This document shows positions 1 to 9,161 of a DNA stretch of 64,000 nt, in pieces (position 1 is the stretch's first letter; each line of letters begins with the position of its first letter). Below the pieces are notes generated by a model, which worked only from the letters and a program-made list of their open reading frames with translations, had not been told where the DNA came from and searched no databases. A program made the position numbers and the translations under genes. This DNA is from Abditibacterium sp. (GTDB taxonomy: Bacteria; Armatimonadota; Abditibacteriia; Abditibacteriales; Abditibacteriaceae), in NCBI GenBank assembly GCA_030448265.1, contig JAUJNG010000013.1, forward strand, positions 94,621-158,620, given 5' to 3'.

Positions 1-443
1 GCTCAGCGCCGAGGTTCAACAAGAGCGAGCAGGTGTTGCGCTGTCCCTCAAGCGTGATTCCTGGCCCGAATCGCACCTATTATGCTAATCAGGCAACCAA
101 TCCTGGCGGCGGCACGCGCAGCGAAGGCGCCTTCAACGCGTGGAATTCGGCGGGTCACAGCGAAGCCGAGTTTGTTTCGCCTGCGACGACGATCACGGTG
201 ACGGAAAGCGTCGCGAACGGTTGGTGAGAAATCCGCACTGGAGACAGTGCCTTTGGAGATCACTTATTCGTCGGACATCTCGGCACGACCAACTACTGGT
301 TCGTGACCAACAAGACTTTCACGCAGCAAAGTTGGAAAGCCAAATCGCCCCAAACATTTATCGAAGGCATCGCCACCACCGGCATGAAGGGATATGTCGT
401 CAAGAGGCCCGCACCCGTTTTTGGATGCGGGCCGTTGTTTTGA
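1..443 (+). pseudogene. 3' remnant of a DUF1559 (prepilin-type, H-X9-DG family) gene with an in-frame TGA
   Basis: The frame reads KSEQVLRCPS...VANGW*EIRTGDSAFGDHLFVGHLGTTNYWF. KSxQxxxCPS and HLGTxN are DUF1559 C-terminal motifs. Stop at 225-227, the usual DGHVK is missing, and the 5' end lies outside the window. Confidence 0.5.
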
Positions 444-543
444 GCCTGCAGCGGTGTGAACCTTCTCAAAGGGGCGTTTCACCCTGAAACGGAACCGCTT
501 TAAGCGGCGATGAATACGCTTTAGCTCTTCTTGCGAAGCATCC

Positions 544-1734
544 CTATCGAACCGCTTGCGGCACGAGGCGCAAAAGTTCGCCGTCCTGTTCGTCGGTCAA
601 AAGATACAGATGACCATCGGGCCCCTGACGCACGTCGCGCACGCGGCGCCCGATGGGCAGACGTTCCTGGTTCACGACCTTGCCGTTGGCATCCAGAACC
701 ACGCGGCGCACATCGCGCGTAGCCAGACCGCCACTGAACAGATTGCCCCTCCACTGCGGAAACTTGTCGCCGGTGTAGTAGGCCAGACCGCTCGCGCCAG
801 GCGAAGGCGTCCAGGCGACCAGGGGATCAACCATTCCGGCTTTGGTTTTGAGGCCCACCGGTTCGCCAGTGCGATAATCGCCACCCAGCGAGACCACCGG
901 CCAGCCGTAATTTTTGCCTGCCTGGAGCAAATTCAACTCATCGCCGCCGCGCGGCCCGTGTTCGGTCGCCCAGATGCGCCCTTGCGGGTCGCGGATCAGG
1001 CCCTGAATGTTGCGATGGCCGATGCTCCACAGTTCAGGAAGCGCCCCTTCTATTCTGGAAAAAGGGTTGTTGGGCGCGGCTTTGCCGTTTTCGTCGAGGC
1101 GCAACATCGAGCCCTGGTGCGAAGCTACGTTTTGCGCCTGCTCGCGCGCCAGAACGCCCCCGATGCGCGTGGGAGGATTGCCGCCATCGCCGATGCTCAT
1201 CAGCAACGTGCCGTCGGGCAGCCACAGCAAACGCGAACCGAAATGAGCGCCGCCGCTTTTCTCGAGGCCCACCTGGAACAAGGTTTGAATGTCTTTGACC
1301 CGCTCGCCGTCATACACGCCACGCACCAGCGTGGTGCGATTGGCGCGGCCCGTGCCGGTGGAAAGCGTGAGGTAAACCCATTTGTTGGCGGCGAATTTGG
1401 GATGCAGCGCGATATCGAACAGACCGCCCTGTCCGCCGGTGAAGACCTGGGGCATTCCAACCAGTTCGATTTCTTCGAAAACCCGTCCGTTGACGCGGTG
1501 GAGGGTGCCGTCTTTCGAGGTGACGAGCATTTGTCCATTGGGCAACCAGACTATGCCCCAGGGACGCACCGCGCCCTGGGCAACGGTTTCGACCTTCCAG
1601 CCTTTGGCTTGGGGCGGTGGGCCGGAAACTTCGGGCTGAGCCTGCACACAAGACATCGAAAGGGCGCCCAGAGCCAGGGAAACCACGCCGGTTTGCACCC
1701 TGCGCGCAGCGGTGTTGGGAAAACGAAAAGTCAT
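544..1734 (-). CDS. PQQ-dependent (glucose/sorbosone) sugar dehydrogenase, secreted
   Basis: Motifs PWGI, GQGGLFDIALHP, HFGSRL, GHRNIQG, EHGPRGGDELN, NYGWP, GRRVRDV. Signal-like N-terminus from ATG 1734. Confidence 0.92.
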   Translation of the reverse strand: MTFRFPNTAARRVQTGVVSLALGALSMSCVQAQPEVSGPPPQAKGWKVETVAQGAVRPWGIVWLPNGQMLVTSKDGTLHRVNGRVFEEIELVGMPQVFTGGQGGLFDIALHPKFAANKWVYLTLSTGTGRANRTTLVRGVYDGERVKDIQTLFQVGLEKSGGAHFGSRLLWLPDGTLLMSIGDGGNPPTRIGGVLAREQAQNVASHQGSMLRLDENGKAAPNNPFSRIEGALPELWSIGHRNIQGLIRDPQGRIWATEHGPRGGDELNLLQAGKNYGWPVVSLGGDYRTGEPVGLKTKAGMVDPLVAWTPSPGASGLAYYTGDKFPQWRGNLFSGGLATRDVRRVVLDANGKVVNQERLPIGRRVRDVRQGPDGHLYLLTDEQDGELLRLVPQAVR

Positions 1735-1758
1735 AAAATAATTCCTAAAATAATTGGA

Positions 1759-1830
1759 GGTGTTACGCAGTTGAAAACTTGGAAGAGGGTGCAAGCCCCG
1801 CCTCACCCAAGTTTTCAACTGCGTAACACC
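1759..1830. repeat. Palindromic miniature element with 24-bp perfect arms
   Basis: ggtgttacgcagttgaaaacttgg (1759-1782) is the exact reverse complement of 1807-1830. Confidence 0.85.
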
Positions 1831-2024
1831 AAAATTGCTTGATCGCGCCACAAAACCATCTCGCTCCATGCGACGTTTGAAACAAAAGCGTTCAATATCA
1901 AATCAAGTGGACGTGGCGATGCCCTCTTTTAGTCTCTGGGCAGCCCAAAAGGTTCCATTCTCGCCCTCATATTCTGTGCTGGTTGGGTTCGCCCTGGAAC
2001 TTTTCGATGCTGGCAACGACTCGC

Positions 2025-3092
2025 TCAACGCATTGAGTGTGCCGTTGCCTGAGCAGGCGCTGAGGTCAAACGGACGGTCACCTGGGCGGTGCGACCGCCG
2101 CGTCGCAGCCCAAGTGACAACACATCACCAGGACGGCGAGCGCGCAGCACACGGCGCAGGTCGCTGCCTCGATTGACCGGCGTCTCATCAGCGCGCGTGA
2201 TGATGTCCTGCGCGCGAACTCCCGCCTGCGCCGCCGGTGAGCCGGCCTGAACATCCTGAACCACGACGCCCTGACGCACCGGCATATCGAACTGCTGCGC
2301 GGTTTCCGGCTCGACATCGCTGTAGCTGATGCCCAGTTGAACGCGTTGCACCCGCCCCGTTTCGAGCAGCTGCTGCGCGATGCTGCTGGCCAGGTTAATC
2401 GGAATGGCGAAACCCAAACCGCTGGCGCCATTGCCGCGCAGCACGGCGGTGTTGATGCCGATGACGCGGCCCCGCGAGTCGAGCAGCGGCCCGCCCGAGT
2501 TGCCAGGGTTGATCGCGGCATCGGTTTGAATCAAGCCGTCCATCTCGAACCCGCTGCGATTGATGGCGGAGACCACGCCTGTCGTGACGCTGCGGTCAAG
2601 GCCGAGCGGGTTGCCGATGGCGATGCTGGCCTGCCCCGCTTGCAACTGATCGGAATCACCCAGAGGTGCCCGAGGAAAACTGCCGCCGGCTATCTTGACA
2701 ACCGCAACATCGGCGCTCGCGTCGCGGCCCAAAACGCGGCCCACCAGCCGGCGCCCATCAGCCAGTTCGACGCGCACTTGTTGAGCCCCACCTACAACAT
2801 GGGCGTTGGTCAAGAGCACGCCGTCGGAGCGGATGAGCACGCCCGATCCCATGCCGCCGTTGCGGCTGACGGTGACAACGGCGGGCGATACCTGCCGCGC
2901 CACGCGGATGATGTTCTGCTCTTCGCTGCTCATCGACGGCGCGTCGATAAAGCGCGCGTCCTGCGCCCACGCCAGAGGCAGCGCCAAGGGCCACGAGTGC
3001 GCGTTCTGAACTAATCCCTGCCCAATGCCCACACCGGTTCCCAGCGCGAGCGCCAGACCAAATGGGCGAAGTGACTTACTAAGTTTCTGCAT
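2025..3092 (-). CDS. htrA: HtrA/DegP-family trypsin-like serine protease with a PDZ domain
   Basis: [28 protein letters not shown] and a C-terminal PDZ. Start at ATG 3092 (MQKLSK). Confidence 0.93.
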   Translation of the reverse strand: MQKLSKSLRPFGLALALGTGVGIGQGLVQNAHSWPLALPLAWAQDARFIDAPSMSSEEQNIIRVARQVSPAVVTVSRNGGMGSGVLIRSDGVLLTNAHVVGGAQQVRVELADGRRLVGRVLGRDASADVAVVKIAGGSFPRAPLGDSDQLQAGQASIAIGNPLGLDRSVTTGVVSAINRSGFEMDGLIQTDAAINPGNSGGPLLDSRGRVIGINTAVLRGNGASGLGFAIPINLASSIAQQLLETGRVQRVQLGISYSDVEPETAQQFDMPVRQGVVVQDVQAGSPAAQAGVRAQDIITRADETPVNRGSDLRRVLRARRPGDVLSLGLRRGGRTAQVTVRLTSAPAQATAHSMR

Positions 3093-3353
3093 TGTCCTTC
3101 TTTGCCGTCCTTTTTTATTGCCCCTGCGACCTACCCGAAGTTCTTCGTCCGCGTGCCACAAATGGGCGAGCAAGTCACTTGCGTAAGTGACTTGCGGCGG
3201 CGAAAACATAACAGAAGAGCCAGCCAGGAAGCGTCGCAGCGAGAAAACTCTGCGACACCTGCTCTGGCAGGCTCTTAATTTAGCGAGAGTTGATCGATGG
3301 AGAGACGATGTTTATCGTCTTTACGTTCATCGGTTTCCGCCTTGATCGCTCCG

Positions 3354-3537
3354 CGCGCAATTGTGATGAAGCTCACCCGACTCTGGACAAAAAGAGACAG
3401 AAAGAGGAGGCAGGGGCGCAACTCCTACGTGAAATCCGCGCCCCTGCCTTGCAGCCTTCGCGTGGAGTGACACCGCCTCACGGCTGGGTTTGAGTCTCAA
3501 TCGCTGGAGGCAACCCCTCAAGGCACCCAATCGTGTG
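3354..3537 (+). ncRNA. Candidate structured ncRNA (rod-like, 6S-RNA-like)
   Basis: 12-bp apical stem 3408-3419/3438-3449, ctca-ccc pairing with gggtttgag, wobble-rich end pairing, purine-rich internal bubble, about 185 nt. Folded by eye only. Confidence 0.3.
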
Positions 3538-3609
3538 TTGGAACACTTCTTCCTCACCAGCCGGCGTGTGATTCCTCGCGTTGAGAACATCCGGCAGAGA
3601 TCAATCCTT

Positions 3610-4535
3610 ATGATGAAAAAACCTGTTCGCTTTTGTCATTGTGGCTGTGCTGTCTGGCTTTTAGCCCGTTCTCGTGGCAAGGCACCTCACGAGCCGAGGC
3701 GCAAGTGCGGCCCAATCCAGTCATTCGCAACGTCGTCTATGGCGAAGCCGGTGGCCAAAAACTCCTGCTCGATGTTTACGGTGCCAATCCCGCCCTCACG
3801 CGCCCCGCCATCATCTTCGTGCATGGCGGCAGTTGGAGCAGCGGTTCCAAGCACGACCTGGGCTTTGCGGCGGCGGCCCTGGCGCGTCAGGGTTATGTGG
3901 GCTTCTCCATCAATTACCGGCTGCTGCGAAACGGCAGGAACCGCTTTCCGGCTCAACTTGACGACGTGCAGCGAGCGGTGCGCTGGGTGCGCGCTCACGC
4001 CCGCGAATACGGCGTGGATCCGCGCCGCATCGGTGCCCTGGGCGCTTCTGCCGGCGGGCATCTGGCGGCTTTGCTGGGCACGACCGACACGCGCGACAAC
4101 AGCGATGCGGCCCTGGCGCGCTACTCCAGCCGTGTCCAGTGCGTTGTCGATCTTTATGGCCCAACCGACTTCACACCGGCTTTGGACCCCGCCAACCAGA
4201 GGAGGATGGCTGCCGCGAAATCTCCAGGAGCGGGGATCGTGCAACAGTTTCTGGGGCCCCTGCCCCAGGCTGCCGACAACTACCGTCTGGCTTCGCCCAT
4301 CACGCACATCGACAAGAAAACGGTGCCTTTCCTGATTTTTCATGGCGGCAGGGACACCCTGGTTCCGCTCGACCAGTCTCAGCGTCTGCACCGCGCGCTG
4401 CGCGCTGCAGGTGTCGAGTCGAGGTTGATTGTTTTTCCCGAAGCGGGTCATGGCTACACGGAGCCGAGGCTGTTGGCGCAAACCTTCGCTGCCGTTCAGG
4501 AGTTTTTCAACCGGCACCTCAAGACGTCCCCCTGA
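3610..4535 (+). CDS. Secreted alpha/beta hydrolase (BD-FAE/HSL-like esterase); probable 1-nt frameshift in the signal peptide
   Basis: HGGSW, GASAGGH nucleophile elbow, HGGRD, GHG. ATG 3610 (MMKKPVRF) joins the 3633 ORF if the T4 run at 3631-3634 were T5. Confidence 0.88.
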
Positions 4536-4608
4536 CCCCGAAGTAAGTTGAGAATTGGGCTCAAGAACAATGGCTCCATTCGCGCCTGATTTGGCTTAAG
4601 TCAATGCT

Positions 4609-5274
4609 ATGTCCCCAACCGAAGAAAGTTACACCTATCCAGCCGTGACTGTCGATGCGATTGTCTTCACCATTCGGCAGGAACAGTTGCAAGTTGCCCT
4701 CATCAAAAGGGGCATCGAACCGTTCAAAGGCTCCTGGGCGATTCCTGGCGGCTTCGTGCGTCTCGACGAATCTCTCGAAGACGCCGTGAAGCGCGAATTG
4801 AACGAGGAAGTCGGAGCCGATGGCGTCTATCTGGAGCAGCTTTACACCTTTGGCGAGCCGGAGCGCGATCCGCGCGGCCGCGTAATCACCGTGGCTTACT
4901 TCGCCCTGGTCGCCGCCGAGAACCTGCGCGAACTCACCGCCGCGACCGATGCCGCCGAAGCGCAGTGGTTTTCTCTGCATGATCTGCCTCCTCTGGCCTT
5001 CGACCACCGCCAAATTTTAGACCTCGCCCTGGGCCGGCTGCGCGCCAAGCTGGAATACAGCACCATCGCCTACGCGCTGCTGCCCAGAGCATTTCCGCTC
5101 ACCCAGCTTCAAAAGGTGTATGAGATCATTCTCGACCGCCCGCTCGACAAGCGCAATTTCCGCAAGAAAATCCTCTCCCTGGGCCTTCTCGAACCCACCG
5201 ACGAGCGTTCCGGCGGCGCGCATCGACCGGCGACGCTCTACCTCTTCAAAAACAGCCAGGTGACTTTTTTCTGA
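4609..5274 (+). CDS. nrtR: NrtR-family regulator (NUDIX plus winged HTH)
   Basis: VTVDAIVF, WAIPGGFV, NUDIX box RELNEEVG, QLYTFGEPERDPRGRVITVAY, LAFDH, C-terminal DKRNFRKK...HRPATLY. Confidence 0.92.
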   Translation: MSPTEESYTYPAVTVDAIVFTIRQEQLQVALIKRGIEPFKGSWAIPGGFVRLDESLEDAVKRELNEEVGADGVYLEQLYTFGEPERDPRGRVITVAYFALVAAENLRELTAATDAAEAQWFSLHDLPPLAFDHRQILDLALGRLRAKLEYSTIAYALLPRAFPLTQLQKVYEIILDRPLDKRNFRKKILSLGLLEPTDERSGGAHRPATLYLFKNSQVTFF

Positions 5275-5303
5275 CTTAACCGCCCCAAATTTTCCTCCCG
5301 CCC

Positions 5304-5366
5304 TTGACAAGCGATGGAGTAAGTGTAAAATTAACACCAACGCCGGAGTTAGTGTTCATTTCACGC
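5304..5366 (+). promoter_or_regulatory. Sigma70-type promoter overlapped by two NrtR-like operators
   Basis: TTGACA 5304-5309, 16-nt spacer, TAAAAT 5326-5331. GTGT-N7-ACAC at 5323-5337 and GTGT-N7-ACGC at 5352-5366. Confidence 0.65.
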
Positions 5367-5402
5367 GAACTCAATCATTTCGCCGGTGTGAAGGAGGAAC
5401 CA

Positions 5403-6554
5403 ATGCTGGTGACCCGCTCAACCCTGGAAGCGATAGCGCCGCGATTAGAAGGCGCGGCATGTCCCGAAGAAGTCTTTGGACTTTTGGCGGGCCAAACACC
5501 GGAAAAGCTCGCGGCGCTGAAGTCGGTGCAGCGCGGGCTGACGCGGGCCTGTCATCCCGATCTGGCGGCGCCCGCAGACAAAGCTCTGGCGACGCAGTTG
5601 TTTCAGTCGCTGGGGATTTGGGAGGGCATCGCCCGTCTGAAAATCGAAAATGGCACTTACGGCGATTTTCAGCCCTATCGCGCTCCAAGTCCGCCTTACA
5701 CACCGGTCGAGCTCGTGGTGCGCGGGCGGGCGCTGAAACTCACCGGCCTCATTGTCGAAGGCACTTTCGCGGGTGTTCACCGCGCCGAGTACGAGGGCGA
5801 AGACGATTCGCAGCGCGCCGTCTTCGTGAAAATCGCCCGCAGCGCGGGGGACAACGACTTACTGGAGCGGGAGTATCGGGTTTTGAAAGGGTTTCAGCAG
5901 ACCGATCCCGATCCCGACGCGGAGGATTTCCTGGCGACGCAGCGCGCTTATGTGCCCTGCCCTCTCACGTCTTTTTCTCTTCTGGACGAGAGCGGAGCCA
6001 AACACCGCGCCAACGTCCTGAGCGTGCCGCAGGGACGCTGCCTCACGGCGGAAACGCTGCGCCGCGACAAATATCCGTGTGGCATCGAGCCGAAACACGT
6101 GTGGTGGATTTTCAGGCGCCTGCTCCTGACGATTTGGATGGCGCATCTGAAGGGCACTGTTCATGGCGGAGTCACCCCCGACCATGTGCTGGTCTTTCCC
6201 GAAGCGCACGGTCTGGTGCTGCTGGACTGGACGTGTGCGGCTAAAATCGAAGAAGAACACGTTCCGGCCATTAATCCCGCTTACAAGGCTTTCTATCCGC
6301 CGGAAATCTTTCGCAAAGAGGCGGCGCTGCCCGCGACGGATTTGTTTATGGCGGCAGCCACCGCGATTGATATGCTCGGCGGTGATCCAGGCAAACGCTG
6401 GATTCCGTCTGCGGTGCCCGCTGCTCTGGGAGAAGCGCTGCTGAGCTGTCTCGACCCCATCGCGTCGCGCCGCCCGCAGGATGCCGAAGCGTTTCACAAC
6501 CAGTTCGGCGCTTTGCTGGGCCGGCGCATCTACTCCCCAATGCTCATCCCCTGA
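5403..6554 (+). CDS. N-terminal J-domain-like (HPD) region fused to a Ser/Thr-kinase-like domain lacking the catalytic Asp
   Basis: RBS aaggagg. RACHPD; VFVKIA (VAIK Lys); LLEREY; HGGVTPDHVL in place of HRDxKPxN; LLDW; FYPPE; DLFMAA. Confidence 0.8.
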   Translation: MLVTRSTLEAIAPRLEGAACPEEVFGLLAGQTPEKLAALKSVQRGLTRACHPDLAAPADKALATQLFQSLGIWEGIARLKIENGTYGDFQPYRAPSPPYTPVELVVRGRALKLTGLIVEGTFAGVHRAEYEGEDDSQRAVFVKIARSAGDNDLLEREYRVLKGFQQTDPDPDAEDFLATQRAYVPCPLTSFSLLDESGAKHRANVLSVPQGRCLTAETLRRDKYPCGIEPKHVWWIFRRLLLTIWMAHLKGTVHGGVTPDHVLVFPEAHGLVLLDWTCAAKIEEEHVPAINPAYKAFYPPEIFRKEAALPATDLFMAAATAIDMLGGDPGKRWIPSAVPAALGEALLSCLDPIASRRPQDAEAFHNQFGALLGRRIYSPMLIP

Positions 6555-6614
6555 GCCAACACGACCCGCACCGCTCTTGCGCGGTGCATTCCCGAAATGG
6601 GAAAGGACTCTATC

Positions 6615-7652
6615 ATGGGTGCAGGAATTTTCAATACTTCGGCCAGCGCGGCCCGCGCCAATATGCGCGCCCGCAGCGGCGCCACCGCGTTTACTCACGA
6701 CCTCGCGGCGCGAGCGGGCAAAGCCGCGCTGCTGCACAAAAGCCTGGATGTCACCAGGAAGCCGCGACGCGAGTCGCGCGATGTCGCGGGCAAGCCGCCG
6801 GCGACTCCCATCATGGTCTGGCTCGATGTCACCGGCAGCATGAGCCAAATTCCCAGCTTGCTGATTCAAGACCTCAATAAGCTGATGAGGCTCATCGTGG
6901 ACGGCAAAGTCGTCACCGACCCGCAGATCTGTTTCGCCGCCATCGGCGACGCGACCAGCGACCGCGTGCCGGTTCAGGTGGGCGAGTTCGAGGCGGACGA
7001 CAAGCTCGCCGAGGCTCACCTTGCCAACATTTTTCTGGAAGGCGCGGGCGGCGGCCAGAACAGGGAATCGTATGAAATGGCGCTGTGGTTTGCCGGCAAT
7101 CAAGTCGATACCGATGCCTTCGAGAAGCGCGGCGAAAAGGGATTTCTCTTCCTCATCGGCGACGAAGCGCCCTATGGCAAGGTGCGGCGCGATTTGGTCA
7201 AAACCTATCTCGGCGTGCCAATCCAGAAAGACGTGTCGCTCAAAGAAGCGGTCGCACAGGCTTCGCGGAAGTTTCACGTTTTCGTGATTCGTCCTGGCGG
7301 CACCAGCAACTACGCCGATCCCAATGTGCAGCGCGCCTGGACATCGGTTCTGCCCGCCGAGCGGGTGATCAAGCAGGAGAACTGGCAGGACATCGTTCCT
7401 CTCATGGCGGGCATGATTTCGGTGATGTCGGGCGAGAGCCTCGACGACATTCGTCCTGGTTTCGCAGTGCGGCCATTTGGCAATCATGCCGATCCCTGGT
7501 TCCCCGCGCAGCGTCTGTGGCCAACGGTTCGGCATCGCCCGTGCGGGGATGGTGGCGGCGCGCCTGGACATCCTGATGTTCCAACCGCGCAGCGTCTGGT
7601 GATCAAATCCAGGATTGAACTGGAGACATCGTTCCTCTCAGCGCGAGCATGA
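6615..7652 (+). CDS. vWA (MIDAS) domain protein; 3' end probably garbled
   Basis: RBS aaagga. DVTGSM MIDAS, AIGDA, EGAGGGQNRESYE, FLIGDEAPY. Sequence after about 7450 loses protein-like character. Confidence 0.82.
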   Translation: MGAGIFNTSASAARANMRARSGATAFTHDLAARAGKAALLHKSLDVTRKPRRESRDVAGKPPATPIMVWLDVTGSMSQIPSLLIQDLNKLMRLIVDGKVVTDPQICFAAIGDATSDRVPVQVGEFEADDKLAEAHLANIFLEGAGGGQNRESYEMALWFAGNQVDTDAFEKRGEKGFLFLIGDEAPYGKVRRDLVKTYLGVPIQKDVSLKEAVAQASRKFHVFVIRPGGTSNYADPNVQRAWTSVLPAERVIKQENWQDIVPLMAGMISVMSGESLDDIRPGFAVRPFGNHADPWFPAQRLWPTVRHRPCGDGGGAPGHPDVPTAQRLVIKSRIELETSFLSARA

Positions 7653-9161
7653 TCCTTGATGTCGCTGAATTGGTGAGCGACGCACGGTTTCGGCGATGGC
7701 CGCCTCTTTCGACAGCGCGGGCATTGATGCACACGGCAAATCGCTGGTCTCACTTTTGGCCAAAAGGTTCGATCACCGATGCCCTGGTCGCGGGGATGGT
7801 GGCGGCGCGGATCTGGTGGTGCGCCGTCAGCAACGGCGGTGCCCAGGCCAAATCCAGTGATTGACGAACTTTGAGACGGGCTGCCACATCTTTCATCGCT
7901 CGGCAGCGGCACCCTGGTGGAAGGCTTCCAAAGCTTCATTAAAGGAGGGCGCGGTGCACACGGCATTTGTTATGCTTTTGGGTCAATCCGCTCGCTTGCG
8001 CACCAGCAGCGGTGCATTGACGAAGCGAGGACATCTTTCATCAGTTCGGCAGCGGCACCCAAGAACTCGCTCGCTTTGCATTACGAGGAATTGGCGCTCC
8101 AAGAACTGGGCGTTAAGGATGCGGCGGAGCGAATGTTTGTCGATGCCAGAGCATTGGTGACCACGCCCTACCACATGATTTTCAACCAACTCAGGGAATT
8201 ATCGCGCGGGGAAGGCAGGCATGGATCGTGTGGCCTGGGCATTGGCGAAACGGCGGCGGATGCTCTCGATTTCGAGCCGGATGTCCTGCGTTATAGCGAC
8301 CTGAGCAACCAAGGGTTGCTGGGATGCAAGCTGCGCTGGCACCGCGATCTCAAGCGGCGCCAGTTGGAAGGGTTGATGGCACCGTTGGCTGCCCAGACGG
8401 GTGCGGCGAGACGGAAAATTCACGCTCTGCTAAGCCAGATGGAGAGTGAGGACGAGATGGAAGCGGCCCACGATGTCTTTGCGGCCATCGCCGAACGCTT
8501 CAAACTCGCGCCGCCCGATTTCCTGGCCGCGAGGATGAGGAAATCGGGAGCGACGGTGTTTGAAGGCGCGCAGGGAGTGCTCCTCGACGAAAGATGGGGC
8601 TTTCATCCCCACACGACCTGGTCGAACACCACGCCCGCCAACGCGCTGCAACTCATCAAGGAAACGCGGTGCAGCATTCAAACCACCGTGCTGGGATTGA
8701 CTCGCGCCTACGGAACTCGTCACGGCACCGGCCCCTTTCCAAGCGAAGATGAAGGGGTGACTCTGGCCCTGCCCGAACCGCACAACCCAACCAATGAGTG
8801 GCAAGGCCCATTTCGAGCCGGATGGCTCGACCTTTCTTTGCTCCGTTACGCTATTGAGGTCAGCGGTCGGATCGATGGCCTGGTAATCACCTGTCTGGAT
8901 CGCGTCAAAGACTTGCCGGAGGTTAAAGTAGGAACCGGCTATGGGATCAAGGGCGACTCGTGGCACCTGACTCCCAACTATTCCGCTGGTCTGGCGGAGC
9001 AGGAGAAAATGGGGAAGATGCTGGGTGAGGTCGATGTAACTTACACGCCCGCTCATCCCGAACCACCGGCGTATGCTCGGCAGGTAGCGGAATCGCTCGG
9101 CCTGCCTCTTCTGGGGTCTTCCTTTGGCCCCACGGCTCGAGACAAAGTGTTCGCATTTTAA
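7649..9161 (+). CDS. Divergent adenylosuccinate-synthetase-like (PurA fold) enzyme; 5' part frameshifted or jumbled
   Basis: ATGA overlap with the vWA stop. Fragments GFGD, KGSITDAL, NGGAQA, HIFHQFGSGT lie in different frames. Intact part has HGSCGLGIGET, FEGAQGVLLD, RAYGTRHGTGPFPSE, GWLD, ITCLD, SFGP. Confidence 0.8.

Noticed and set aside
225-227. Programmed TGA read-through or selenocysteine in the DUF1559 remnant
   Set aside because: No SECIS-like hairpin was recognised, the family is not known for Sec, and the downstream motif is also damaged. Decay or error is simpler.
3440-3540. TPP riboswitch on the minus strand (gggtgc...tgagactcaaaccc)
   Set aside because: The downstream GAACCTGATC..GTAGG half is missing, and the adjacent gene is htrA, not thiamine-related.
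5859-7571. Long antisense ORFs (also 556-1842, 14379-15800, 18868-20550, 28302-30794, 37572-39011) and the long 5' extension 44542-45348
   Set aside because: These are shadows of real high-GC genes on the other strand and carry no recognisable motifs.
7649-9161. Calling this the housekeeping purA
   Set aside because: The aspartate loop and TKLD motif are altered, and the context is NrtR/kinase/vWA rather than purine synthesis.
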